Both the position numbers and the translations under genes were made by a program. A stretch of DNA of 35,307 nt, taken from contig CADCQH010000156.1 in NCBI GenBank assembly GCA_902803605.1, forward strand, positions 1 through 35,307, read 5' to 3'. This document shows, in pieces, positions 26,580-35,307 of the stretch. How positions within the stretch are numbered: position 1 is the first letter of the stretch; each line of letters opens with the position of its first letter. Under the pieces are notes generated by a model, which worked only from the letters and a program-made list of their open reading frames with translations, searched no databases and was not told the DNA's origin. The stretch is from an uncultured Bacteroidales bacterium (GTDB lineage Bacteria; Bacteroidota; Bacteroidia; Bacteroidales; Bacteroidaceae).

Positions 26580-28769
26580 ATGGCTGCAAGACTTAGATTT
26601 AAGGTCGTGGATGAGGCGTTCAAGCGTGCTCCTGTTTATGTGGAGCAACCCAAGGAACGTCCGAGTGAATATTTCGGAAAGTATGTTTTCGACCGGCAGA
26701 AGATGCACAAGTATCTCCCTGCTGAGGTGTATGAGAAGATGTGTGACGTGATAGACAATGGCGCTCCGTTCGACCGCACTATTGCAGATGCTGTGGCACA
26801 GGGTATCAAGACTTGGGCTATCGAAAACGGCGTGACGCACTACACCCATTGGTTCCAGCCTTTGACCGAAGGAACTGCTCAGAAGCATGATGGCTTTGTG
26901 GAGCATGATGGCAAGGGTGGCATGGTGGAAGAGTTTGAGGGGAAACTGCTTGTTCAGCAAGAGCCTGATGCCAGTTCCTTTCCCTCTGGCGGCATCCGTT
27001 CCACGTTTGAGGCACGTGGCTATTCAGCATGGGATCCTACATCGCCCGTCTTCATCATTGGTGACACGCTGATGATTCCAACCATCTTCATCTCCTACAC
27101 AGGAGAAGCACTCGACTATAAAGTGCCGCTGAAGAAGGCGCTTCATGCTGTTGACAAGGCTGCTACTGCTGTGGCTCAATATTTCTATCCTGACGTGAAG
27201 AAAGTCATATCCAACCTCGGATGGGAACAGGAGTATTTCCTAGTGGACGAGTCGCTTTTCGCTGCACGTCCTGACCTTGTAATGACGGGACGCACGCTCA
27301 TGGGGCACGATTCTGCCAAGAATCAGCAGATGGACGACCATTACTTTGGTTCCATTCCTGCACGTGTCGAGGAGTTCATGAAGGATATCGAAATTCATGC
27401 GCTTGAACTTGGCATCCCTTGCAAGACACGTCATAACGAGGTGGCACCCAACCAATTCGAATTGGCACCTATCTTTGAAGAGACCAATCTGGCTGTTGAC
27501 CATAACATGCTGATGATGGCTATCATGAAGCGTGTGGCACGCAAGCACGGATTCCGTTGCCTGTTGCACGAGAAGCCTTTCAAGGGTGTGAACGGTTCGG
27601 GCAAGCATGAAAATTGGTCGCTTGCCACCGATACTGGGGTTCTGCTTCATGCTCCAGGCAAGACGGCGATGGACAACCTGCGTTTCGTCACTTTCATCGT
27701 CGAGACCCTCAAGGCTGTCTATGACCATAATGGACTGCTCAAAGCCTCCATCATGAGTGCCACCAACGCCCATCGACTTGGCGCCAACGAGGCACCTCCT
27801 GCCATCATATCTTCTTTCCTCGGAAAGACGGTCACGGACTTGCTCGAACATGTGGAGAAGGCTGATGACGACAACCTCTCTATGGCTGGCAAGAAGGCCT
27901 TCAAGCTTGATCTCCCGTCTGTTCCTGAATTGCTGATAGACAATACCGACCGTAACAGAACCTCGCCTTTTGCCTTCACAGGCAACCGTTTTGAGTTCCG
28001 TGCTGTCGGTAGCGAGGCCAACTGTGCCTCAGCCATGCTTCTGCTCAATGCGGCTGTGGCTGAAGCCTTGATTGACTTCAAGGCTCGTGTCGATACGCTT
28101 ATCCAGAAAGGTGAGGCTAAGGAGGCAGCCATCTTGCAAGTGGTGCGTGAGGACATCAAGCATGTCAAGCCCATCATTTTCAATGGTAACGGATATAGTG
28201 ACGAATGGAAGGCGGAAGCCGCTCGTCGTGGACTTGACTGCGAGACTTCTGCACCATTGGTATTTGACAATTATCTGAAGGAGCCCTCTGTTCAGATGTT
28301 TGCCAAGACTCATGTCATGACCCGTCTTGAGTTGGAAGCTCGCAATGAGATTAAGTGGGAGACCTACACAAAGAAGATTCAGATTGAGTCGCGCATCTTC
28401 GGCGACCTCTGCCTCAACCACATCATTCCTGTTGTCACCCGTTACCAGTCTGTACTCATCGACAATGTACACAAGGTGCGTGACATCTTCCCAGCCGAGA
28501 AGACGCAGAAGATTTCCAGGGAGAACCTCCACCTTATCGAACTCATCTCTGACCACGAGTCATTCATCATTGAGAATGTCGAGAAGATGGTGGAAGCCCG
28601 CAAGGTGGCCAACCGCATCGAATCTGAACGTGAGAAGGCCATTGCTTATCACGACACGGTAGCGCCTCTTCTTGAGGACATCCGCTATCATGTGGACAAG
28701 CTTGAGACTATCGTCGATGACGAGGCTTGGCCGCTGCCGAAATACCGTGAGTTGCTCTTCATCCGCTGA
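26580..28769 (+). CDS. glnN: glutamine synthetase type III
   Basis: 729 aa, the type-III length. NEVAPNQFELAPIFEE, NGSGKHENWS and NRTSPFAFTGNRFEFRAVGS motifs. Confidence 0.9.
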   Translation: MAARLRFKVVDEAFKRAPVYVEQPKERPSEYFGKYVFDRQKMHKYLPAEVYEKMCDVIDNGAPFDRTIADAVAQGIKTWAIENGVTHYTHWFQPLTEGTAQKHDGFVEHDGKGGMVEEFEGKLLVQQEPDASSFPSGGIRSTFEARGYSAWDPTSPVFIIGDTLMIPTIFISYTGEALDYKVPLKKALHAVDKAATAVAQYFYPDVKKVISNLGWEQEYFLVDESLFAARPDLVMTGRTLMGHDSAKNQQMDDHYFGSIPARVEEFMKDIEIHALELGIPCKTRHNEVAPNQFELAPIFEETNLAVDHNMLMMAIMKRVARKHGFRCLLHEKPFKGVNGSGKHENWSLATDTGVLLHAPGKTAMDNLRFVTFIVETLKAVYDHNGLLKASIMSATNAHRLGANEAPPAIISSFLGKTVTDLLEHVEKADDDNLSMAGKKAFKLDLPSVPELLIDNTDRNRTSPFAFTGNRFEFRAVGSEANCASAMLLLNAAVAEALIDFKARVDTLIQKGEAKEAAILQVVREDIKHVKPIIFNGNGYSDEWKAEAARRGLDCETSAPLVFDNYLKEPSVQMFAKTHVMTRLELEARNEIKWETYTKKIQIESRIFGDLCLNHIIPVVTRYQSVLIDNVHKVRDIFPAEKTQKISRENLHLIELISDHESFIIENVEKMVEARKVANRIESEREKAIAYHDTVAPLLEDIRYHVDKLETIVDDEAWPLPKYRELLFIR

Positions 28770-28882
28770 TGAATCATGTTGATAAACTCCATTGACTGGC
28801 AAATGATGTCTTTGGACGAGGTAAGTGGTACCTTAACATGAAAAAAATGACGATTTGTGTTTCATATATGTTAGGTTTTTCT

Positions 28883-28890
28883 TACCTTTG
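28883..28890 (+). promoter_or_regulatory. -7 promoter box TACCTTTG for ispE
   Basis: Exact TACCTTTG, 27 nt upstream of the ATG at 28917. Confidence 0.5.
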
Positions 28891-28916
28891 CCCCGTTAAC
28901 ACAAAATAATGAAATT

Positions 28917-29747
28917 ATGATAGTATATCCTAATGCGAAGATTAACATTGGCCTGAACGTCGTGGAGAAGCGTCCAGATGGCTACCATGATCTCGAGACA
29001 GTATTTTATCCGATAGGGTTGCAAGACATATTGGAAATACATAAGATAGATAACGATGCCCCTGCCAGCGGCTATCGTTTGAAGGTGACGGGAACCGTAT
29101 TGGCAGGTTCTCCCGAAGACAATCTTGTGGTAAAGGCCTTCAAATTGCTGAAGAAGGATTTCGACCTTCCTCCTGTAAGCATCGGATTGTATAAGCACAT
29201 CCCGACGGGTGCGGGCTTGGGTGGTGGTTCTGCTGATGCTGCCTTCACCATCAAGACGTTGAACGAGCGGTTCAGCCTGGGATTGACCACGTCACAGATG
29301 GAGGATTATTGCACGCAATTAGGCGCCGACTGCCCATTCTTCATCCAGAACAAGCCAGTCTTTGCCACGGGCATTGGAAATGTGTTCCATCCCCTCGAAC
29401 TGAATCTGAAGTACAAGCAACTGGTGCTGGTGAAGCCTGACGTATTTGTTTCCACAAAGGATGCCTATGCCAAGGTGAAGGTGCAGCATCCTGAGAAGCA
29501 GTTGCCTGAACTGCTTGCACAACCCATCGATACGTGGAAAGATACGGTTGTGAATGACTTTGAAGCAAGTGTCTTCTCGAAATATCCGGAGATAGCCGCC
29601 ATCAAAGACAAGATGTACGACCTGGGTGCCATCTATGCCAGCATGTCAGGCAGCGGTTCCAGTGTCTTCGGCATTTTTGAAGACCCTGTGGAAAATGTTG
29701 ATGAGATATTCAGCGGTATGTTCTGCCGTCAACGGGAACTGTCATGA
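28917..29747 (+). CDS. ispE: 4-(cytidine 5'-diphospho)-2-C-methyl-D-erythritol kinase
   Basis: 276 aa. [13 protein letters not shown]-terminus and the GHMP kinase motif [15 protein letters not shown]. Confidence 0.85.
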   Translation: MIVYPNAKINIGLNVVEKRPDGYHDLETVFYPIGLQDILEIHKIDNDAPASGYRLKVTGTVLAGSPEDNLVVKAFKLLKKDFDLPPVSIGLYKHIPTGAGLGGGSADAAFTIKTLNERFSLGLTTSQMEDYCTQLGADCPFFIQNKPVFATGIGNVFHPLELNLKYKQLVLVKPDVFVSTKDAYAKVKVQHPEKQLPELLAQPIDTWKDTVVNDFEASVFSKYPEIAAIKDKMYDLGAIYASMSGSGSSVFGIFEDPVENVDEIFSGMFCRQRELS

Positions 29748-29802
29748 TTGCAGTATTTAGTGTGAACTGTCATCATAACGGTACGTCAACGGGAACAGTC
29801 AT
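29727..29802. repeat. direct repeat CGTCAACGGGAAC[T/A]GTCAT x2 plus a partial third copy at the ispE 3' end
   Basis: Copies at 29727..29745 (inside the last ispE codons) and 29784..29802, identical at 18/19 positions. A partial GAACTGTCATCA lies at 29764..29775. Confidence 0.7.
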
Positions 29803-29824
29803 CAGGTAAACAATTGAATGGCTT

Positions 29825-30712
29825 TCAAGAAGGAAGCGGCTCCACATGCACTACGACGTGAGTATTCTCGCCGTAGTGTTTTTTTATGAGGTTTTCCACG
29901 TCGGAAGCCTTGTCGTGGGCCTCGGTTAGAGAAACATTGCCAGGCATGAGGATGTGAAGTTCGATGGCATAATGGTTGCCGATGCGACGTGTGCGCAAAT
30001 CATGGGGTTGGGCGATGCCAGGCACAGAGGCGGCTATACGTAGGATTTCCGCTTCCACATCATCGGGAAGCGATTGTTCCATCAGGTCGCCAATGCCACG
30101 TCGCAGCAGATCTATGCTCACTTTGACGATGAACAAGCCGACGATGACTGATGCCACGGGGTCGAGCACCGTCCAGCGTTGTCCCAAAAAGATGGCGCCT
30201 CCGATGCCGACGGCTGTACCTATGGATGATAGTGCGTCGCTACGGTGGTGCCAGGCATTTGCTTCCACGGCTTGAGATTGCAGTTGACGTGCCTTGACCA
30301 TCGAGTAGTGATAGACACCCTCTTTCAGCACGACCGACAACAGGGCTGCCCAAAGTGCCAACAGGCCTGGAGCTGCTATCTCTTCGCCGTTCAGCCAGGC
30401 CGCTATCTTCATCACGCCATGATAGAGGATGCCGACAGCCACGGCAAGCAGCGCTATGCCAATGAGGGTCATCGCCAGCGTTTCGTACTTGCCATGCCCA
30501 TAGTCGTGCGACTTGTCCTCGGGCTTGCCGCTGATGCGTATAAAGACAAGCACGATGATGTCTGTCACAAAGTCACTCAGCGAGTGAACTGCGTCAGCCA
30601 CCATCGCGGCACTATGTCCCATAATACCCGCTACGAACTTGAAGAGCAGCAACAATACGTTTACAGCTCCACCCACCATCGTCACGCGGTAGATTTCCTT
30701 ATTCCTTTCCAT
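29825..30712 (-). CDS. cation diffusion facilitator (CDF) family metal efflux transporter
   Basis: 295 aa. Six predicted TM helices, the signature HSLSDFVTD, then HHRSDALSS and a C-terminal cytoplasmic domain. Confidence 0.85.
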   Translation of the reverse strand: MERNKEIYRVTMVGGAVNVLLLLFKFVAGIMGHSAAMVADAVHSLSDFVTDIIVLVFIRISGKPEDKSHDYGHGKYETLAMTLIGIALLAVAVGILYHGVMKIAAWLNGEEIAAPGLLALWAALLSVVLKEGVYHYSMVKARQLQSQAVEANAWHHRSDALSSIGTAVGIGGAIFLGQRWTVLDPVASVIVGLFIVKVSIDLLRRGIGDLMEQSLPDDVEAEILRIAASVPGIAQPHDLRTRRIGNHYAIELHILMPGNVSLTEAHDKASDVENLIKKHYGENTHVVVHVEPLPS

Positions 30713-30729
30713 CGAACATCTTCCTGATG

Positions 30730-30823
30730 CCCTGCTTTATTCTTTTTCTAATGTCCTGTTTTATGTGTTCTGCGTTACTATATGGAAAGTCTTGCTTGAC
30801 AGTTTCTGAAACCCTGCTTTATT
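30730..30823. repeat. CCCTGCTTTATT exact 12-mer x2 (plus a degenerate copy) between the STAS and CDF genes
   Basis: Exact copies at 30730..30741 and 30812..30823; the second overlaps the STAS stop codon. A related TCCTGTTTTAT lies near 30754. Confidence 0.6.
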
Positions 30824-31121
30824 TGAACTCGAACAGGTTGATGAAACCAGTCATGGCAAACACCTGACGCAGGTCGTTGCTCAATCCTTTAATATATACG
30901 TGGTGGCCATTGGCTTTGGCACTCTTCAGGATGCTGAGGAAGATGCGGAGGCCGCTGGATGAGATGTATGCCAATTGGTTGCAGTCAAGGACGATGTCAC
31001 GGTCTGTGCTGTCGATGAGATCCTGTACATCTTTCTGGACTTGCGGGGCGGAGGCTGTGTCAAGTCGCCCCTCAAAATACACTACATACTCATTGTTCTC
31101 TTCTTGAATTGTTGCTTTCAT
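30819..31121 (-). CDS. STAS-domain anti-sigma-factor antagonist (SpoIIAA/RsbV-like)
   Basis: 100 aa. LDCNQLAYISSSGLRIFL carries the conserved phosphorylatable Ser context. It sits 62 nt downstream of the sensor gene. Confidence 0.85.
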   Translation of the reverse strand: MKATIQEENNEYVVYFEGRLDTASAPQVQKDVQDLIDSTDRDIVLDCNQLAYISSSGLRIFLSILKSAKANGHHVYIKGLSNDLRQVFAMTGFINLFEFK

Positions 31122-31183
31122 AATGATAATACTATTGATTGATGATTGATTATTTTTCTGTTATGTATCACATGATGGATGTG

Positions 31184-33565
31184 TCATTTGTTTTCCTCCT
31201 GACGGGCAGCGGTGTTCAGTTTCTTGCGCAGGGTCAGGATGTTCTTGTTGTCCCTGTGCTCATAGTTGATGCTGTCCATGATCTGAGTGATAAGATGGAT
31301 GCCCAGTCCTCCGATGGGACGTTCCTCCGCTGCCTGTGTGATGTCCACGGGGCGTCGGGTTGTGGGGTCGAAGGGCGTTCCGTTGTCGCTGATGGTGAAC
31401 TTGAGGCGTTTGTCGTTGGCTTCCGCCTCGATATGGATGTTGCCTGTCGTGCCCTTTGGGTAGGCATAGTTCATCACGTTCACCACGGCTTCCTCCATCG
31501 CGAGGTTCAGTTGCATGTTGGTGGGCATGTCGAAGTTCAGCATCGCGCACACCTCGTCCACGAATTCTGCCAGCTGCGGCACCTGTTCCACGTCGTTGAG
31601 GAGCGTGATTTCCTTCTTGAAGCGCACCTTGTTTTCTGGTTTGATGTATCGGATGGTGAGCAGCGTCAGGTCATCGCTTTGTTCTGCGTCGCCGGTGAAG
31701 GCATGAACGGATTCCGTCACCTGTTCGATGCAGCTTTGCGAGGTGGTGCCGAACGGTATGGCGTTAATCATCCGCTCTTCGCCATACAGTTGCTGATTCA
31801 TGTCCTCCGCTTCGGTCAGGCCGTCGGTGTAGAGGAAGAGGGTGGTGCCAGGGGTGATGTTGGTTTCCTGCAGCGTGAATTTCCAGTCTCCCATGATGCC
31901 GATGGGCAGGTTGCTGTCGCAGGGGAGGAAGTCCTTCTCTTTGACGTTGGCCTTGTCGATGATGAGAATGGGCGCGTTGTGTCCTGCGTTGCAGTAGCGC
32001 AAGCGTCCCGTGGGCAGGTCGAGCACGCCGATGAAGAGGGTGACGAACATGTTCATTTCGTTGTCTTCTGCCATGCGTGCGTTCATCTGCGAGATGATGT
32101 GGTCGGGGTTGGGCTCGTGCATCGAGAGGGTGCGGAAGAGTGAGCGTGCCACGGCCATGACGAGCGATGCGGGCACTCCCTTGCCTGACACGTCGCCGAT
32201 GCAGAAGAAGAGTTTCTCGTCGCGGATGTAGAAGTCGTAGAGGTCGCCGCCCACGGCTTTGGCAGGGGTCTGCTGACCATAGATGTCGATGTCGTCGCGG
32301 TCAGGGTAGGGGGGATATATCTTCGGCAGCATGGCCCGCTGGATGTTGCTGGCCACTTTCAGTTCGCCCTCTATGCGTCCCTTCTGCTCGTTCACCTCTT
32401 TGAGTTCCTCCATTTGCTCTGTCAACGATTTCTGCATGGTGCGGAATGAGTTGTACAGGCGCAGCATCTCGTCTTTCGACCTAATTTTTGGCAGTTGGGC
32501 GTCAAGGTTGCCCGATGCCACCTCGTTCACGGCTTGTGTGAAGTGGGTGAGCGGCATGGTGAGTTTGCGTACGCCGGCACGCAGTATGAATGCGAGCAGA
32601 ACCAGCATCAGCAGGATGATGACTGCCACGATGAGCCCAGCGGTGGTGGCGTTGCGGAAGAATTCCTTGCTGCTGCACACGATGGCCATGGACCAGCCTG
32701 TGGCAGAGATGGGCTTGTAGAAGATGAACGAATTGCCCAGGTGGGGCGAGTCGAAGCGCATCATGTCGGCGTCGCCGCTGACCATTCTGTGGCCGATGTC
32801 ATCCAAGTCCTTGCTTCCCAACTTCTTGGCTGCGGAGAATATGGTTTCGTTCAGCACGGTTGTCTTGATGGGATGAGCGAGGAAGGTTCCGTTTTTGGAG
32901 AGCATGAAACAGTAGGACTTTTCGTAGTATTTCAGCGAGTCCATCAGCTGCGAGAGCCAGTCGAGCGACACGTCAGCCGTCACGATGGCATAGACGTTCC
33001 CATTCTCGTCCGTCAGCGGATAGCTGTAGGTGGTCATCGTCATCTCGCCGCCGCCCGTGTCGCAGTAGGGTTCGCTCCAATGGCCTTTCTTCAGTTCCTT
33101 GGGCGTCTGGTACCACTCCATCGTGGGGTAGTCGTAGGTGGCAGTACCCAGTTGCTTGGAGAGGATGGAGTCGTTGCTCCTGTAGCTGTAGGGCGAGAAA
33201 TATCGTCCCTCCTCAGGGTAGTAGTTGGGTTCGAAGGCGATGGCAGAACCCACGATCATGGGGTTCGTCTCCAGCATCTCGCGGGTGATGCGGTACATTT
33301 CCTCGTGGGGAGCGTCCACGTTGTTCTCGATTTCGTTGACGTGGTTCTGCACAGCCACCTCCACGGAGATGAACACATTCGCGATACGTTCCTGCGCATT
33401 TTCCAGCGCACCCATTGCCCGCAACTTTTCCTCGCGGAGGATGCCGTCACGCACGAAGAGGTTGGCAATGAGGGCTGTTGCCACCAAAATGACGGCCACC
33501 GTCAGTATCACCCAAAGGCTGAGACGGGCTGCGAAGGATGTGATGCGCTGAGACTTGTGTTTCAT
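31184..33565 (-). CDS. membrane sensor: Cache - HAMP - PP2C/SpoIIE phosphatase - RsbW-like HATPase (kinase) fusion
   Basis: ATG at 33565 (MKHKSQR...). TM1 is [24 protein letters not shown] roughly 270-aa extracytoplasmic Cache-like region follows ([25 protein letters not shown]). TM2 is [23 protein letters not shown] is [22 protein letters not shown]. The PP2C motifs are [28 protein letters not shown] and DDLTLL (about 31649..32356). The C-terminal HATPase is [11 protein letters not shown]...DNGTPFDP...GGLGIHL (about 31217..31615). Confidence 0.8.
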   Translation of the reverse strand: MKHKSQRITSFAARLSLWVILTVAVILVATALIANLFVRDGILREEKLRAMGALENAQERIANVFISVEVAVQNHVNEIENNVDAPHEEMYRITREMLETNPMIVGSAIAFEPNYYPEEGRYFSPYSYRSNDSILSKQLGTATYDYPTMEWYQTPKELKKGHWSEPYCDTGGGEMTMTTYSYPLTDENGNVYAIVTADVSLDWLSQLMDSLKYYEKSYCFMLSKNGTFLAHPIKTTVLNETIFSAAKKLGSKDLDDIGHRMVSGDADMMRFDSPHLGNSFIFYKPISATGWSMAIVCSSKEFFRNATTAGLIVAVIILLMLVLLAFILRAGVRKLTMPLTHFTQAVNEVASGNLDAQLPKIRSKDEMLRLYNSFRTMQKSLTEQMEELKEVNEQKGRIEGELKVASNIQRAMLPKIYPPYPDRDDIDIYGQQTPAKAVGGDLYDFYIRDEKLFFCIGDVSGKGVPASLVMAVARSLFRTLSMHEPNPDHIISQMNARMAEDNEMNMFVTLFIGVLDLPTGRLRYCNAGHNAPILIIDKANVKEKDFLPCDSNLPIGIMGDWKFTLQETNITPGTTLFLYTDGLTEAEDMNQQLYGEERMINAIPFGTTSQSCIEQVTESVHAFTGDAEQSDDLTLLTIRYIKPENKVRFKKEITLLNDVEQVPQLAEFVDEVCAMLNFDMPTNMQLNLAMEEAVVNVMNYAYPKGTTGNIHIEAEANDKRLKFTISDNGTPFDPTTRRPVDITQAAEERPIGGLGIHLITQIMDSINYEHRDNKNILTLRKKLNTAARQEENK

Positions 33566-33600
33566 ATCTTCTGAAAAGGGTAGTTTGTTGTTTTCAGTTG

Positions 33601-33608
33601 CAAAGGTA
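33601..33608 (-). promoter_or_regulatory. -7 promoter box TACCTTTG for the sensor/STAS operon
   Basis: Plus strand caaaggta is TACCTTTG on the minus strand, 36 nt upstream of the ATG at 33565. Confidence 0.5.
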
Positions 33609-33661
33609 CGAACAAATCGCCGAATTATCAAAAGAAATTTGTTTTTTTTCATGCAAATCCG

Positions 33662-33669
33662 TACCTTTG
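33662..33669 (+). promoter_or_regulatory. -7 promoter box TACCTTTG for guaA
   Basis: Exact TACCTTTG, 40 nt upstream of the ATG at 33709. Confidence 0.5.
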
Positions 33670-33708
33670 CACCTCGTCAACGACAAACACTCGCACATAT
33701 TTTTATTT

Positions 33709-35232
33709 ATGCAAAAGATTATCATCTTAGATTTCGGTTCTCAGACCACCCAGCTGATAGGCAGACGCGTCCGTGAGTTGAACACATTCTGCGAAATCAT
33801 GCCCTACAACAAGTTTCCGCAGGACGACCCCGACGTGATAGGCGTCATCCTCTCAGGCTCACCCTACAGCGTCTATGAGGAAAGGGCGTTCCACCTCGAC
33901 TTCAGCCAGATTCGGGGCAAGTACCCCATCCTCGGCATCTGCTACGGCGCACAGCTCATGGCACACACCTTCGGCGGCAAGGTCGAACCCGAAGGCACAC
34001 GCGAATACGGACGCGCCAACCTCGAGTTCATGGAGGAAGGCAACCCCATCCTCAGGGGATTCTCCGACAACAGCCAGGTGTGGATGTCACACGGCGACAC
34101 CATCACCCGACTGCCCGAAGGCTTCCGATGCATCGCATCCACAGCCACCGTCAAGTACGCAGCCTACGCAGCCAACGACGAGAAGATATGGGGCGTACAG
34201 TACCACCCCGAAGTGTTCCACTCCATCGACGGCACCAAACTCCTCAAGAACTTCGTCGTGGACATCTGCGGAGGCAAGCAGGACTGGTCGCCAGCCTCAT
34301 TCGTTGACCAGACCGTGACCGAACTCCGTCAGCAGCTCGGCGACGACAAGGTCATCCTTGGACTCTCAGGCGGCGTCGATTCATCCGTCGCAGCCGTGCT
34401 CCTCAACCGTGCCATCGGCAAGAACCTCACCTGCATCTTCGTCAACAACGGGCTCCTCCGCAAGAACGAGTTCACCGACGTGCTCCGCGACTACGAATGC
34501 CTCGGACTCAACGTCGTTGGCGTCGATGCCTCCCAGAAATTCTACACCGAACTCGCAGGCGTGAGCGAACCCGAGCGCAAGCGAAAAATCATCGGCGCGG
34601 GCTTCATCGACGTCTTCGAAGCCGAAGCCAAAAAGATAACAGGCGCCAAGTGGCTCGCACAAGGCACCATCTACCCCGACCGCATCGAGTCGCTCAACAT
34701 CACGGGCAAAGTCATCAAGAGCCACCACAACGTAGGCGGACTCCCCGAAAAGATGGGACTCAAGCTCTGCGAACCCCTCAAGTGGCTCTTCAAGGACGAA
34801 GTGCGCCGAGTGGGCCGACAGCTCCAGATGCCCGAACACCTCATCACGCGCCACCCCTTCCCTGGACCAGGACTGGCAGTACGCATCCTCGGCGCCATCA
34901 CACCCGAGAAAGTCAGGGTGCTGCAAGATGCCGACGACATCTTCATCCGTGCCCTCCGCAACTGGAACCTCTATGACCAAGTGTGGCAGGCAGGCGTAGT
35001 CCTCCTCTCCGACGTCAAGAGCGTGGGCGTCATGGGCGATGAACGCACCTACGAATACCCCGTCGTGCTCCGTGCCGTCACCTCTGCCGACGCCATGACC
35101 GCCGACTGGGCAAAACTCCCCTACGACTTCCTCGCCGACGTCAGCAACCAAATCATCCGCAACGTCCGAGGCGTCAACCGTGTATGCTACGACATCTCCT
35201 CCAAACCACCAGCAACCATCGAGTGGGAATAA
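33709..35232 (+). CDS. guaA: GMP synthase (glutamine-hydrolysing)
   Basis: ATG at 33709 ([23 protein letters not shown]). GATase motifs GICYGAQ and YHPE, PP-loop SGGVDSSV, and the canonical C-terminus PPATIEWE. Confidence 0.95.
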   Translation: MQKIIILDFGSQTTQLIGRRVRELNTFCEIMPYNKFPQDDPDVIGVILSGSPYSVYEERAFHLDFSQIRGKYPILGICYGAQLMAHTFGGKVEPEGTREYGRANLEFMEEGNPILRGFSDNSQVWMSHGDTITRLPEGFRCIASTATVKYAAYAANDEKIWGVQYHPEVFHSIDGTKLLKNFVVDICGGKQDWSPASFVDQTVTELRQQLGDDKVILGLSGGVDSSVAAVLLNRAIGKNLTCIFVNNGLLRKNEFTDVLRDYECLGLNVVGVDASQKFYTELAGVSEPERKRKIIGAGFIDVFEAEAKKITGAKWLAQGTIYPDRIESLNITGKVIKSHHNVGGLPEKMGLKLCEPLKWLFKDEVRRVGRQLQMPEHLITRHPFPGPGLAVRILGAITPEKVRVLQDADDIFIRALRNWNLYDQVWQAGVVLLSDVKSVGVMGDERTYEYPVVLRAVTSADAMTADWAKLPYDFLADVSNQIIRNVRGVNRVCYDISSKPPATIEWE

Positions 35233-35307
35233 AGGCAGTGACGACCTGACATCAGATCAGGCGAACGCCAGAATCTACAAAACTCATTGAGATTCAACAT
35301 AAAAGGC

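Noticed and set aside
28838-28909. A 23-codon ORF ([23 protein letters not shown]) between glnN and ispE.
   Set aside because: It overlaps the ispE TACCTTTG promoter box and has no regulatory logic such as codon bias or downstream structure. It is most likely a chance ORF in an AT-rich spacer.
31139-33574. 334-aa and 359-aa plus-strand ORFs (31139..32143, 32495..33574) opposite the sensor phosphatase/kinase gene.
   Set aside because: These are antisense shadow frames. The minus-strand product has a complete, ordered TM-Cache-TM-HAMP-PP2C-HATPase architecture.
33609-33708. Riboswitches upstream of guaA (purine), glnN (glutamine) or the NMT1/THI5-like binding protein (TPP).
   Set aside because: The distance from the promoter box to the start codon is only about 20-40 nt in each case. 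That is too short for any of these aptamers, and no conserved aptamer core sequences were seen.
34381-35151. A 256-aa minus-strand ORF and several Arg/Pro-rich plus-strand ORFs inside guaA.
   Set aside because: They are alternative or antisense frames of a GC3-rich gene with low-complexity composition. The guaA frame is unambiguous (PP-loop, PPATIEWE terminus).
1-35307. A scan for rRNA, tRNA, CRISPR arrays, IS elements, integrases and long dispersed repeats.
   Set aside because: Intergenic regions are short (230 nt or less, apart from the 365-nt trp leader region) and none shows tRNA-like cloverleaf arms or regularly spaced repeats of at least 20 nt. No ORF resembles a transposase or integrase.

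Overview
The window reads as a core chromosomal segment of a Bacteroidota genome, probably Prevotella-like. The taxon call rests on three things. TAnnTTTG (-7) promoter boxes recur 20-60 nt upstream of most first-in-operon start codons (114 nt for rpsA). One protein carries a T9SS C-terminal sorting domain. Class-3 FBPase and type-III glutamine synthetase are both present. I call 27 protein-coding genes plus one small leader ORF: lacZ (3' part), a pepP-pepC-like peptidase pair, a lipoprotein, rpsA, a BadF-type sugar kinase, manC with a PagL-like outer-membrane deacylase, and a Upf1/DNA2-like helicase. Then come a large TPR protein with an orphan NMT1/SsuA-like binding lipoprotein, a complete trp operon (trpB-E-G-D-C-F-A), and a Pro-rich TerB-like/zinc-ribbon protein with a T9SS cargo protein. 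The remainder is fbp, glnN, ispE, a CDF transporter, a STAS protein with a fused Cache-HAMP-PP2C-HATPase sensor, and guaA. I found no rRNA, tRNA, CRISPR array, integrase, transposase or clear defence island. The best-supported new observation is an unannotated 19-codon leader peptide with three consecutive Trp codons. It is followed by mutually exclusive antiterminator and terminator structures upstream of trpB. The second is a partner-switching module whose phosphatase and kinase are fused to an extracytoplasmic sensor, with no sigma factor nearby. The remaining findings are smaller repeats and context oddities. All protein family calls come from motif recognition by eye, since no searches could be run.
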